Source: a virus
Taxonomy: Duplodnaviria > Caudoviricetes
Reading direction: 5' to 3' (one strand)
Virus record (IMG/VR): IMGVR_UViG_3300017716_001756
Span: 15,047-79,046 of that record
DNA: 64,000 nucleotides
This document shows, in pieces, positions 1 through 9,145 of the stretch; position 1 is the first letter of the stretch, and the number at the start of each line of letters is the position of its first letter. The notes beneath the pieces were generated by a model that was given only the letters and a program-made list of their open reading frames with translations, ran no database searches and was not told where the DNA came from. Made by a program: the position numbers and the translations under genes.

Positions 1-542
1 TACGACTTCCTAGCAGTAGCGAAATACAATCCCAACTGAGGTTCAGCGTTAATGATTGTGTATCCAGCGATCATATCGTTCGGAACCAAGGGTACGTTGG
101 CGATGATACGGACCAGATCGGCGCTGATTCTCATTTCATCTTCTTGCATTTTAGTATACTCGATAACGACAGGGATGGTTGTGGTCGAGGTGGAACTAGT
201 TTTCTTCAGCCCCGTTACGGTATCCGTTCCAGTGGCCCGCGTGGTAAGGACCGCTGCGGGGTGTGTAATCTCAAAGAGCTTCAAAGTCTTATGGATGATC
301 CTGTTGGAGAACATCGAAGGACCATTCTCTCCTGCTAGGTACTGTTTACCAGTTGTCTCGTCGCGGATACGGTCCCCCGGCGTGGCTACAGAATCAGGGT
401 AAGTCTTCAACAGCCTACGCGGCAGGAAGAAATAAGAAGAAGATTCCTCTAGCGGGATAGCAAGAAGCTGGGCGCTGAACGTGGTTTTTCCGTAGGCGTA
501 GAACTTGCTTGCGAAAAGATCGATAGCTCTAGTGAGGTCCAT
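1..542 (-). CDS. Virion head-completion/neck protein (stop codon cut by window edge)
   Basis: Manual translation: ATG at 542, 180 open codons (MDLTRAIDLFASKF...ATARKS), then TA at positions 2-1. Lies in the head operon; product inferred from position only. Confidence 0.6.
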   Translation of the reverse strand, partial: MDLTRAIDLFASKFYAYGKTTFSAQLLAIPLEESSSYFFLPRRLLKTYPDSVATPGDRIRDETTGKQYLAGENGPSMFSNRIIHKTLKLFEITHPAAVLTTRATGTDTVTGLKKTSSTSTTTIPVVIEYTKMQEDEMRISADLVRIIANVPLVPNDMIAGYTIINAEPQLGLYFATARKS

Positions 543-543
543 T

Positions 544-1260
544 TTAGACTCCTGTGACAGGGTCGGCAGGACTCGTGACGACGAAGAGCGTCGGGGTAAC
601 CAAGGGGGAGCTAGTGTAGATGATCGCCAGATACTCGTTGTAGCGAGCATTGATAAGAGCCTCTACCGGTTGTAGACTCGTAGAAGTGCTCAACCGAGTG
701 ATCTTCGAAGTCTCAGATTCTACAGACTTATAAAGTCGCATCCTAGTAATAGGTACAAGATTCAGGAGGGTTTGCCAGAACAGCAACTGCTTGGCTGCAA
801 AAACAAGGTCCATATCGGCGCTAGATAGGGCCGTCAGGAAGTCTTCACCATACTTACCTGAGCTAAGGTCAACGTAAGAGCGGTAGAAATCAATGTCTGC
901 ATCAGGCACCTCAACATCGTTAACTCCAAGAATCAATCGCACCTCATCAGGGGTATGACTGATGAAAAGATCGGGGACAACGTAGTAGGCGTATTGAATA
1001 TCGAAAACCATATTAGATACCTCGTAGGATACCTCAATACGGTGTTGGCGGTATTTCTCACCACCCGTCAGGACGTGGGCGATAGCTGGGATAACGATCC
1101 AAGCAGACGTAGCTCCTGACACAATGGTAATAGGGGTGGAAGTGACCACAATGCCGTCCATATCGCGGACAACAAAGGCCGCAACAGTAGGGGACGCCGG
1201 GTCGTCCCCAATCTTGAAGTCTACTCTAACATTAAGGGTTTTCCCCGGAAAGACGTACAT
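544..1260 (-). CDS. Putative head-tail adaptor/virion structural protein
   Basis: 238-aa ORF two genes downstream of the major capsid gene; beta-rich N-terminal half and helical C-terminal half; synteny. Confidence 0.55.
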   Translation of the reverse strand: MYVFPGKTLNVRVDFKIGDDPASPTVAAFVVRDMDGIVVTSTPITIVSGATSAWIVIPAIAHVLTGGEKYRQHRIEVSYEVSNMVFDIQYAYYVVPDLFISHTPDEVRLILGVNDVEVPDADIDFYRSYVDLSSGKYGEDFLTALSSADMDLVFAAKQLLFWQTLLNLVPITRMRLYKSVESETSKITRLSTSTSLQPVEALINARYNEYLAIIYTSSPLVTPTLFVVTSPADPVTGV

Positions 1261-1275
1261 AGTCTTTATACCTTA

Positions 1276-1680
1276 TTACTCAGCGGCGGTCGTATCTACG
1301 GCGGCTTCACCAGAGCGCGTTCCACGGCCCCGTTTGGCGGTGGCTGTTCGCTCAGCCTCTTGGTCTTCTTGTCGCTCAAGATCAGCGGCGCTCTCGACGG
1401 ATCGCATTCGCTCAACACCGTTGTCTGCGGAAGGAACGACCTTACGATACGCAGCCAGAGCGGCGTCTTCATCACCATTAGCACGAGCCAGATGATTAAC
1501 GTATTCAGTCCAATCCGAGTTTTCGAGAACTTCGACGATCTTCAGTTGACCATGATTGACCAGACCTTCAGCCCACGGGCCGAAAGGAGCAATCGTGTCG
1601 CGCTTGCTCGAAACATATACGCCAGTGCGCGGGTCTTGCAGACCACCTTCACCAATGGCACGGAGAATAGCTACCTTCAT
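1276..1680 (-). CDS. Hypothetical virion-associated protein
   Basis: 134-aa ORF with AAGGA RBS, directly after the major capsid gene. Confidence 0.6.
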   Translation of the reverse strand: MKVAILRAIGEGGLQDPRTGVYVSSKRDTIAPFGPWAEGLVNHGQLKIVEVLENSDWTEYVNHLARANGDEDAALAAYRKVVPSADNGVERMRSVESAADLERQEDQEAERTATAKRGRGTRSGEAAVDTTAAE

Positions 1681-1767
1681 GATGGAATTCCTTTTTATCG
1701 GGGTCGTAACCCCAGAGACCTCATTGTAATGCGAAGGCGGGGGTGATTACAACGGTTAATATGCAAC

Positions 1768-1799
1768 AGAGAAAGGGCCGGGAATAAATCCCGGCCCTT
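1768..1799 (-). terminator. Rho-independent terminator after the major capsid gene
   Basis: 11-bp stem AAGGGCCGGGA/TCCCGGCCCTT followed on the minus strand by TTTCTCT. Confidence 0.75.
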
Positions 1800-1818
1800 C
1801 TTCATTCTTAAGCTTCAA

Positions 1819-3033
1819 TTACGAAGCTTGCGTGTAGTCATAGACCGAACGAGTGTCACCGTGGATCAGGCGGAAGCCCGTATTCATGGTGCGGAAGTAG
1901 CTGATCGTCTGGTTACGAACCGAACGTTCCGATTCGTTAATCAGCGAGCCAGATTCAACCAGTTCTTCCAGCGTGTCGGCTTTCGAGAAGCCGATCAGCT
2001 TACCAGCCGGGGCCGAGGACGAGAGAACGAAGTTCACCGGGCCTTGGAACAGCGGGACAGTGCCGATTTGGAAGCCGGAGCGAGCGAGGTTCTCGTTCAC
2101 ACCGCCACCTTGGGCAGCTTGCGGGACTGCGAACAGTTGCAGCCACTGGAAGTAAGCGTCGTAGTTACCAACGACAGTGTCAATCGGCAGTTGATCTTTA
2201 GCACGATCAACCAGCCACTTCAGGAGACCCTTCCACGACAGCGTACCAGCGGTGTGTCCAGCGTCGAGGGCAAACTGGTTGACCTCAGGGGCGGCACCGT
2301 AGGTGGCGTCGATACCGGTGGTCAGGGCGTGACCGTTGACCAGCAGATTCGTGGCAGAGCGGACACGGGACAGTTCCATGGCGCGTTGAGCACGGTTAGC
2401 GTAGGGAGTCATGATATCCAGCGAGACACGACGTTCGAACTCGTAGGAGGTCCGATAACCCATACCGTGTTTGAAGATACCGACCGACTGTTGGCTGGTA
2501 CGGATCGCGGAGACCGGGATATTGCCCGATTCAGCGATGATACCGGCGACTTCGTAGTCATCAGCCTTGTCAGCAACAACCGTCGAAATCATTTCCACGC
2601 CGTTAATGGTACGCGACTGAGAGACAAGCGATTCGACCGTTTCCAGTTGGTTCTGCTTGTACTTGTAGGTCACCATATCGTCGATGACTTCCGGGAACAT
2701 GGCACGGGTGCCGGGGAAGGTTTGGAACGTGTCAGCGGCGGCTTGCAGGAGAATGCCCTGTTCGAAGTCGTTAGCAACCGGCAGAGCCAGAGCAACCTTG
2801 ACCAGATCGTAACCATTCAGACCGGCGTTAAGAGCTTGGGCCTTCAGATCAGCGTCCTTGGTACCACGAACATCAACCGACAGGTTGAGGTAGTCACGCA
2901 TCGACAGACCAGCTTCCTTAGCCCTCGCGACCAGAAGCTCACCAGCGGCACGAGACTCAGCAGGGTTTTCATGACGGAGATTACCGATCACGTCCTCTAC
3001 AGCTTGTCGCTTCACAGTAGCGAGATTATACAT
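1819..3033 (-). CDS. Major capsid protein
   Basis: 404 aa, follows portal-protease-decoration genes and has a strong terminator behind it; sequence character consistent with an HK97-fold capsid. Confidence 0.8.
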   Translation of the reverse strand: MYNLATVKRQAVEDVIGNLRHENPAESRAAGELLVARAKEAGLSMRDYLNLSVDVRGTKDADLKAQALNAGLNGYDLVKVALALPVANDFEQGILLQAAADTFQTFPGTRAMFPEVIDDMVTYKYKQNQLETVESLVSQSRTINGVEMISTVVADKADDYEVAGIIAESGNIPVSAIRTSQQSVGIFKHGMGYRTSYEFERRVSLDIMTPYANRAQRAMELSRVRSATNLLVNGHALTTGIDATYGAAPEVNQFALDAGHTAGTLSWKGLLKWLVDRAKDQLPIDTVVGNYDAYFQWLQLFAVPQAAQGGGVNENLARSGFQIGTVPLFQGPVNFVLSSSAPAGKLIGFSKADTLEELVESGSLINESERSVRNQTISYFRTMNTGFRLIHGDTRSVYDYTQAS

Positions 3034-3056
3034 AATTACTTTCTCCGTCTTTCAAA

Positions 3057-3458
3057 TTAAAGGAAGTGAACGTGGGCGCGCAGATTCGGAACGTCGAGGA
3101 AGACAGTCCGGTTATGAGCAGTACCCGTAGCAAATTTGACTTCACCAGCACCAGCGCCAACGATGGCTTTACCAATACCAGCAACATCACCCGAGGTCAG
3201 GCCGGTCTTGTAGGGAACCCAATCGATGAACTTCATCGAAACAGTGGCAACCTTGACGCCTTCTTGAACGCGGTCTTCGTAAACTTCCAGACGACCGACG
3301 ATGATATCGCCATCCGCTGCCAGCTTAACAGTCTTGGGGGCAGTCGCATCAAGCGACAGGGCCTTGCCGAGGTCGGCTTGGGTTACCGTGCCCGAAATGT
3401 AGAAGGTCTCTTGAAAGTCTTCAAGGTAGCGACCCTTAGTCGAAATAACACCGTACAT
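3057..3458 (-). CDS. Head decoration/cement protein
   Basis: 133-aa beta-rich ORF between the scaffold and capsid genes. Confidence 0.6.
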   Translation of the reverse strand: MYGVISTKGRYLEDFQETFYISGTVTQADLGKALSLDATAPKTVKLAADGDIIVGRLEVYEDRVQEGVKVATVSMKFIDWVPYKTGLTSGDVAGIGKAIVGAGAGEVKFATGTAHNRTVFLDVPNLRAHVHFL

Positions 3459-4648
3459 TATTTGGTCTCCTTAGAACGGGCTCGGAATGCGCTGAAATCA
3501 GCAACGTCGTTTTTGGCAAGCTTCAGGCTACCAGTATCCACCGGAGTTTCCTTGGTGGCGAACAGATTAACCAGATTTTTACCGGATTCTTTGATCAGAG
3601 TGATCGCAGCTTTCGAATCCACCGCTTCTTGCGGGGCCTTGACACCAGTTGCGACCTGAGCCGCAGTGGCTTGTTCGATAAGGAAAGCCCGAACTTCAGT
3701 CAGTTCAGCTTCAGCAGCGGCCAGCTTCGTACCGGCTTCCGCATCAATCTTACCTTCGGCTTCAGCCAGAGCATCCGTCAGACGGGCGACTTCAGCGTCG
3801 GCAGCGGTCTTGGCGGCGTTGGCAGTAGCAATCTCTGCATCTTTAAGAGCGATCAGAGTATCAGTAGCTGCGCCTTGCTCTTTGAACTTGGCGTCCAGAA
3901 GGGCGGAAATGTCATCTTTATTCATCGAAGGGATTTCCTCACTAATTATGTCCGCTAGGTTAGCGATGAGCGGCAAAAATGTCTTATGGTCATTTTGGTG
4001 ATTTTTGGCTGCGAGCTTGTAGAATTCAGTATTCGCAAATCGCGAAGAATCGTTACCTACAACACGAGAGCCTTTAGAAGCGCCAGTATCGACAATAGAT
4101 TGTTCGATCCATTGAGCCAGCCCATCAACAATGATGTGAGCACCATCGACGCCAAGCTGGTGACCGTTATCGCAAGTCAGGTCCATCAGATTTTCCATCG
4201 TGCCTGTCTTATAGTCGAAGTTACAGGCAGAGCAAAGCAGCTTCTCAGCATTGATGCCGATGCTTACTTGATCAGTCGTACCGGTGTTGATGCTCTCAAT
4301 AAGCTCGACGTTGGTACGGGGTACATAGAACAGCGAGCTAAGTTCAAAGGCACCGTCGTTTGCTTGATCGACACGAGCCATGAAAAGACGACCTACGTTC
4401 AGCAGTTCGGTGTCATGCATCTGGTGCAGAGGAATACCTTCGTCGGAGCTATTGAGGGTCTGGGCCATTTCTTCCAGAGTACGCCGGGTATTGACGGCCT
4501 TTTGGAACAGTCCCTTTTCCCGGCGGAGTGGGCGGGTGTTGAGAGAGCGGGATTCGAAGACAGCGATCTTCGAGAGGTCAACCTTAGCCCCACCGTTAAC
4601 ACGGGTGATGGCGGCGGCAATCTCAGAAGTAACAGGTAGCTCACGCAT
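3458..4648 (-). CDS. Prohead protease with C-terminal scaffold
   Basis: N-terminal protease-like region (LHQMHD...) and Ala/Glu-rich coiled-coil C-terminus; sits between portal and capsid genes. Confidence 0.7.
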   Translation of the reverse strand: MRELPVTSEIAAAITRVNGGAKVDLSKIAVFESRSLNTRPLRREKGLFQKAVNTRRTLEEMAQTLNSSDEGIPLHQMHDTELLNVGRLFMARVDQANDGAFELSSLFYVPRTNVELIESINTGTTDQVSIGINAEKLLCSACNFDYKTGTMENLMDLTCDNGHQLGVDGAHIIVDGLAQWIEQSIVDTGASKGSRVVGNDSSRFANTEFYKLAAKNHQNDHKTFLPLIANLADIISEEIPSMNKDDISALLDAKFKEQGAATDTLIALKDAEIATANAAKTAADAEVARLTDALAEAEGKIDAEAGTKLAAAEAELTEVRAFLIEQATAAQVATGVKAPQEAVDSKAAITLIKESGKNLVNLFATKETPVDTGSLKLAKNDVADFSAFRARSKETK

Positions 4649-6150
4649 TATGCAGCCTTTCTAGTAGAGTCTGACCCCGCAGCGGCGTCAGAGCCGGGTG
4701 CCTTGGCTTGACGGTCAAGAGAGCTTCCTTGCTTCTTGGCGTCACCAGAGGGGTCGGCAGTTGTAGAACCATCGACAGCGGCATCAGCCGCAGCAGCTAC
4801 AGGATTCATGAATCCTGTTCCACTAAGCTCTTGAGCATCAGTGGGCTTGGGGCGACCAAACATTTCGATGTGGAAGTAGTCGTCTGTAATAACTCCGTAA
4901 GACAGTAGCATCAGCAGACGATTTTGCTTCATAGTTCTTTGCGGTTCAAGTTCCAGATCGGGTCGAAGCTCAACTTTGTCGAAGCCGAACTCCACGCGGG
5001 ACTGTGATCCATTAAGACGAAGAGCAAGAGTGAGCATTTCCGACATAAAGTGAGCGATAGGAGTATTCACCGCATCAGAGTGCATCGAGAAGATACGAGA
5101 TTCGACCGACGCGGTATTCACGCCTTTATCACCCCGACCAATCACCGTGGCCATGGTCTTGAGAGCAGCTTGGTTCTGATCGTTGAACATATCGATCATA
5201 GGTTTGATATCGAGGGCCATGCCCGCCGATTTCTCATTCATCATCCCCGGCTCTACAGCGTCGGAGTGAACGAAGGCTTGATCCACAGTAAGGGTGGAGA
5301 TAGTCGTGCTGATTTCTTGGAGGCGAGCTTGCATCCAAGTGTTCATGATGTTCTCATCAGCCTGAGCATCAGCCGGGGCGTTCTTACGAAGGACTTCTTC
5401 CACCACCTTGATATGCATTCGGGGGTAACCCGTCTTACGCATGATGCGGTACATATCGTTGACCACTTGCTGGCGAGCAGCAATGGTATTGATGGCGGAA
5501 ACGAAGGGCGAGTGAGCGTAAACCCCTGTCGGGTCGCGCTTGAGGAAGGAGACGAAGAAGGTAGGGATATCGAGACTGATTTCGTCGGAGCTACCAGCGG
5601 GGACTTGGACAGGCTTCAGTTGGCCGGGGGTCTTCTCTCGCCATTGAACAGTGGCCAAATCAATGTGGCGTAGTTCTGCGGGCAGCATGGTCTTGTCGAG
5701 AACAAGCTCAGTGCCAATACCACCACGGAGCAAGAGAAGATAACGAAGCTCGTCGAAGAAGGGGGCCATCGAAGGCTTCAGTTGGAAGCCGAGGCTATAA
5801 TCGTTCTTCGAGAAGAGACCTTGGAGAAGAATGTTTACTTGGTCATGACCCTGAGAGTCGATTTTGCCGGATTGGTCGTAGACCACCCACCAAGGTTCCG
5901 CTGAAGAGGCCACCGTCAGGTAAGCGTTCACGGATGCTGAAACGTCAGGGTCATGTTTGAAAAGATTTTGAAGCAGGGTGCGGGAATCGTCCGACGCACG
6001 AGACGCGAAGATATCGATCATATGATCGCGGTAGCCGGGTACGGTCAGTACCTGATCGGTATTCTGAGCATTAAACGTCGGCGTTTGGCCGGTCCCCTTG
6101 GGGTTAGCACGTTTTTTGTTCAGAATTATCTGGATTGCTGATTGCGCCAT
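4648..6150 (-). CDS. Portal protein
   Basis: 500 aa, immediately after the terminase large subunit; low-complexity C-terminal tail. Confidence 0.8.
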   Translation of the reverse strand: MAQSAIQIILNKKRANPKGTGQTPTFNAQNTDQVLTVPGYRDHMIDIFASRASDDSRTLLQNLFKHDPDVSASVNAYLTVASSAEPWWVVYDQSGKIDSQGHDQVNILLQGLFSKNDYSLGFQLKPSMAPFFDELRYLLLLRGGIGTELVLDKTMLPAELRHIDLATVQWREKTPGQLKPVQVPAGSSDEISLDIPTFFVSFLKRDPTGVYAHSPFVSAINTIAARQQVVNDMYRIMRKTGYPRMHIKVVEEVLRKNAPADAQADENIMNTWMQARLQEISTTISTLTVDQAFVHSDAVEPGMMNEKSAGMALDIKPMIDMFNDQNQAALKTMATVIGRGDKGVNTASVESRIFSMHSDAVNTPIAHFMSEMLTLALRLNGSQSRVEFGFDKVELRPDLELEPQRTMKQNRLLMLLSYGVITDDYFHIEMFGRPKPTDAQELSGTGFMNPVAAAADAAVDGSTTADPSGDAKKQGSSLDRQAKAPGSDAAAGSDSTRKAA

Positions 6151-7883
6151 ACGCGATTATCACCTTTGCTAACGCCGAGATTGTCATTGACTTGTCTCTT
6201 CAAGTCAATGTTCGAAGTTAGAACCAAAGTTCTGACCTCATCTTTCGAGTTTGCCATGATGTAGTCCGACAACTTCTTTGAGGCCAGCATGAAGGCTAGG
6301 GCATGGAAGTAGTGGTCATTACCAGTCTGTTTCTTCCAGACTGCTTTCTCGCCTTCTTCCTCGTGACGGACGTTATCCATCATATGCTGGATCAATGTAG
6401 ATTGTTGGTCACCAAAGTTGTTAAAGGTCATATGGTTTGTACGAATAGCCTTGGCAACATCGTCCAGCAGCGCGGTTTTGTTTACCTGAGCATAGGTCTC
6501 ATCATCGACAAGCTCGTTCTCCTTGACCGTAACCTCAGTGAGCCCACGGTATTCGACCGGGATGATCTTACCTTTGGAGATAGCCCTCACCGCGATTGCG
6601 GTGGGAGTGTAGGGGTGGCGGTCAATAGCTCCTGAAACAATTTTGTAGGTAGCCAGCAATTCTTCAACCCGCTTCTCAAGCTGAGTGGCAGGGACAGTTT
6701 CCCAGACGAAGACGTTCCATCCATCGACCTTGTTGTAGGTACCCATGACGATGTGGCACGTTTGGCCAACGTCGATACCGATGAAAACTTGCTGGTCGCT
6801 GTACTTCCAGCCGATAGCGCGGCCCAAGGCGGCACGAACCATATCCTCTGATAGTGCGATAGAGTCGTCGATGTAGGCTTCGCCAAGCACCGTGTTGTGG
6901 AAGCGACGAAGGTTCGTCTTCTTCTTGGCCTCGATCAATTCCCCGACGATGTAGCGGATATCTAGGCCATCCAGAGAGAAGGGCCGAACCCGATACCCCC
7001 TAGATATGTCGGATAGGGAAGGCAGTAAGGGAACCCACTCTCTGGACTCATGGTCTCCGAGGTTGAGGGGTTCTCTGCATCGCTCACAGACAACGTGGGA
7101 GTTTCGTAGGTCGAGTTCTCCCACGTTGTCGATATTGATCTGGTCCACCAAGGAGGAATGCTGGTCTCCGATACCGGGAATATCGCAGAAATCTCGGGTG
7201 AAAGTTGGAATTTGCTGATGGTTGCAGTGAGAGCACTTAATGAAGAATTCATGTTGATCTGACTCCGTGAAGTCCTTGTTGATTCCCGCTTTGGGGTATG
7301 TGGGGGTAGAGAACTTCTGGTTAATCTTGTAGCGAGAGCCCTGAAGACGCGACCGGAACAGGTTCAGCATTTCAGGGTCGTCCATCAGGTCGATTTCGTC
7401 GTTCATGACCATATCGGCGGGGATAGAGGTAGCGTCACCTTCTTTCGAGCCGGTGAGGTAGAGGAAGCTCTGACCGAACTGCATCAGGCCCTTGGCGCGG
7501 ACAGCGTCTTCGTCAAACTCAGACATAAACACAGCGTCGTTCTCGACGATAGGCTTGATACGGGTCTGAGAGACCCGGTCCCTCATCACATCGTTAGGCA
7601 TCGTGTAGATTACGCTGACGCCGTCGAGACGACGCACCCATGCGAGGGCTTTACGGACCTGAATCTCTGTCAGGCCCACCTGAGAGGGCTTGACCACGCT
7701 CATGTTCTGGTGAAAGTCGTCTGCGATCTGGCGCTGGAACTCATAACCCTTGATGGAGAAGGGGCGCTTACGAAGCGTCGTATTATGTTCCAGCCACTCC
7801 GTCGTTCCCATGGTCTCCGAATCGATGGAGTAACGGTGGCGAAGACGGTTGAGGAATTTATCCATCAGGTCTTGTTCGTTCAT
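6126..7883 (-). CDS. terL: Terminase large subunit (lambda GpA-like)
   Basis: Walker A-like VVKPSQVGLTE, Walker B VMNDEID, STP coupling motif, CxxC pairs, nuclease motifs IGIDVG and NDHYFHA. Confidence 0.9.
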   Translation of the reverse strand: MNEQDLMDKFLNRLRHRYSIDSETMGTTEWLEHNTTLRKRPFSIKGYEFQRQIADDFHQNMSVVKPSQVGLTEIQVRKALAWVRRLDGVSVIYTMPNDVMRDRVSQTRIKPIVENDAVFMSEFDEDAVRAKGLMQFGQSFLYLTGSKEGDATSIPADMVMNDEIDLMDDPEMLNLFRSRLQGSRYKINQKFSTPTYPKAGINKDFTESDQHEFFIKCSHCNHQQIPTFTRDFCDIPGIGDQHSSLVDQINIDNVGELDLRNSHVVCERCREPLNLGDHESREWVPLLPSLSDISRGYRVRPFSLDGLDIRYIVGELIEAKKKTNLRRFHNTVLGEAYIDDSIALSEDMVRAALGRAIGWKYSDQQVFIGIDVGQTCHIVMGTYNKVDGWNVFVWETVPATQLEKRVEELLATYKIVSGAIDRHPYTPTAIAVRAISKGKIIPVEYRGLTEVTVKENELVDDETYAQVNKTALLDDVAKAIRTNHMTFNNFGDQQSTLIQHMMDNVRHEEEGEKAVWKKQTGNDHYFHALAFMLASKKLSDYIMANSKDEVRTLVLTSNIDLKRQVNDNLGVSKGDNRVWRNQQSR

Positions 7884-7890
7884 TCAAAGA

Positions 7891-8313
7891 TTATTGCACT
7901 AAAAACAACGGATGGAAATAGGGCATTGTTTGTTTGGAGATATCGAAGTTGTTGGATTTCTCTCTGTTCTCTTCTTCTGTGAGAATCTGAAGGTTGGCGG
8001 GAACATGAAGGCCGCAAACTAGAGGGTGGTTAACCGGTACGATATGATCGACCTGATACTGCACACCCTCTAGCAGGGTTTTAAGGGCCGCATCAATGTA
8101 AATCTCACGAACGTCCTTGGCAAAGTGTTTTGCAACAGCCGTTCCGGTGCCTTTTGCACGGCGCATTGCGTCTCTCGCCGCACGGTATCCGGGGTGACGG
8201 CGGTTGATTTGGGAGGATCGGGCGCAGAAAACACAGTGCTTGTTGCTGACGTACCTTTCGGTATTTTCACAACGTTTACAAGGCTTTCCGTGGTATTTTT
8301 CGGCTGGCTTCAT
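7891..8313 (-). CDS. HNH endonuclease
   Basis: N-terminal CKRC/CVFC and C-terminal VDHIVP...[10 protein letters not shown]...N..KSN. Confidence 0.85.
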   Translation of the reverse strand: MKPAEKYHGKPCKRCENTERYVSNKHCVFCARSSQINRRHPGYRAARDAMRRAKGTGTAVAKHFAKDVREIYIDAALKTLLEGVQYQVDHIVPVNHPLVCGLHVPANLQILTEEENREKSNNFDISKQTMPYFHPLFLVQ

Positions 8314-8406
8314 GTTTTATATATTATATTAAACAAATTTTGACGCGCCTCTTTTATTCTGTCACAGTCACACCATATACCCATCTGAGAGAACAAGGAG
8401 AACACC

Positions 8407-8823
8407 ATGAAGACCGAGAGTATCTGGGATTTTGTCCAGCTAATGCAACGCCTGACTACCGAACCCGAACTGTTGGATACGGACCAGTTTCCCCCAGAGT
8501 TCCGTGCGCTGGTCAAACCGCTGCTGCAAACGACGGTGGCGAAAGCCCAAACCATCGACGACCTGATGACTGAAATCCAGAGTCTGTATAACGAACTCAA
8601 TCAGTTCTCTCCCGGTATCCTTGAGGCAGATAGGGAAACATACACCCAATACCTCAAGCTGAAAACATCGCTGATCGGAAAGATCGTGGAGCTTAAGGAA
8701 CGCACCATGAACCTTCGGACTGTAAAGACCTTCCAAGATAGGGTGCTCGCAGCCGTTGACAAGGTGCTGACTTCAGAACAGCGCACCGAGTTCATGAATA
8801 TTCTAGGGGTGTCGGAGAAATGA
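8407..8823 (+). CDS. Helical hypothetical protein (possible terminase small subunit)
   Basis: 138 aa, AAGGAG RBS, divergent from the terminase; function is a guess. Confidence 0.55.
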   Translation: MKTESIWDFVQLMQRLTTEPELLDTDQFPPEFRALVKPLLQTTVAKAQTIDDLMTEIQSLYNELNQFSPGILEADRETYTQYLKLKTSLIGKIVELKERTMNLRTVKTFQDRVLAAVDKVLTSEQRTEFMNILGVSEK

Positions 8824-8966
8824 GGTACGACGTTTTCCTTCGGTGTGAGACTCACCGCAAGGTAGATAAAGAGAAGGCCGAGGCTCTGATTGGTCAGACT
8901 TGGGCTCCCTACTACGTTTATGAGGCAGGGACTTTCAAGATCGCACAGGAGTTTATACCGTTTTGA
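8820..8966 (+). CDS. Small hypothetical protein
   Basis: Manual translation MRYDVFLRCETHRK...; ATGA overlap with the upstream gene. Confidence 0.5.
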   Translation: MRYDVFLRCETHRKVDKEKAEALIGQTWAPYYVYEAGTFKIAQEFIPF

Positions 8967-9145
8967 AACATGAAATCTGGGGTCCAGCGGCTGGATCGAC
9001 ACTTATGACAATCGCCCCGACAGATCATGGTCGGGTTGGTATCAATCTCGGACACGACTTCTCAACGACCTACGGAGTCTTCACCTACGAGGGTATTGAG
9101 AAAATGAGAGACGCACTGAACGAAATTTTGAAAGACAGGAAATGA
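8963..9145 (+). CDS. Small hypothetical protein
   Basis: 60-aa ORF coupled by 4-nt overlaps on both sides. Confidence 0.55.
   Translation: MKHEIWGPAAGSTLMTIAPTDHGRVGINLGHDFSTTYGVFTYEGIEKMRDALNEILKDRK

Noticed and set aside
1828-3060. 410-aa plus-strand ORF, and similar long antisense ORFs (9085-11466, 17430-18998, 43161-44345, 54629-55558)
   Set aside because: They mirror well-supported genes on the opposite strand and have no motifs; this is a shadow of RNY codon bias.
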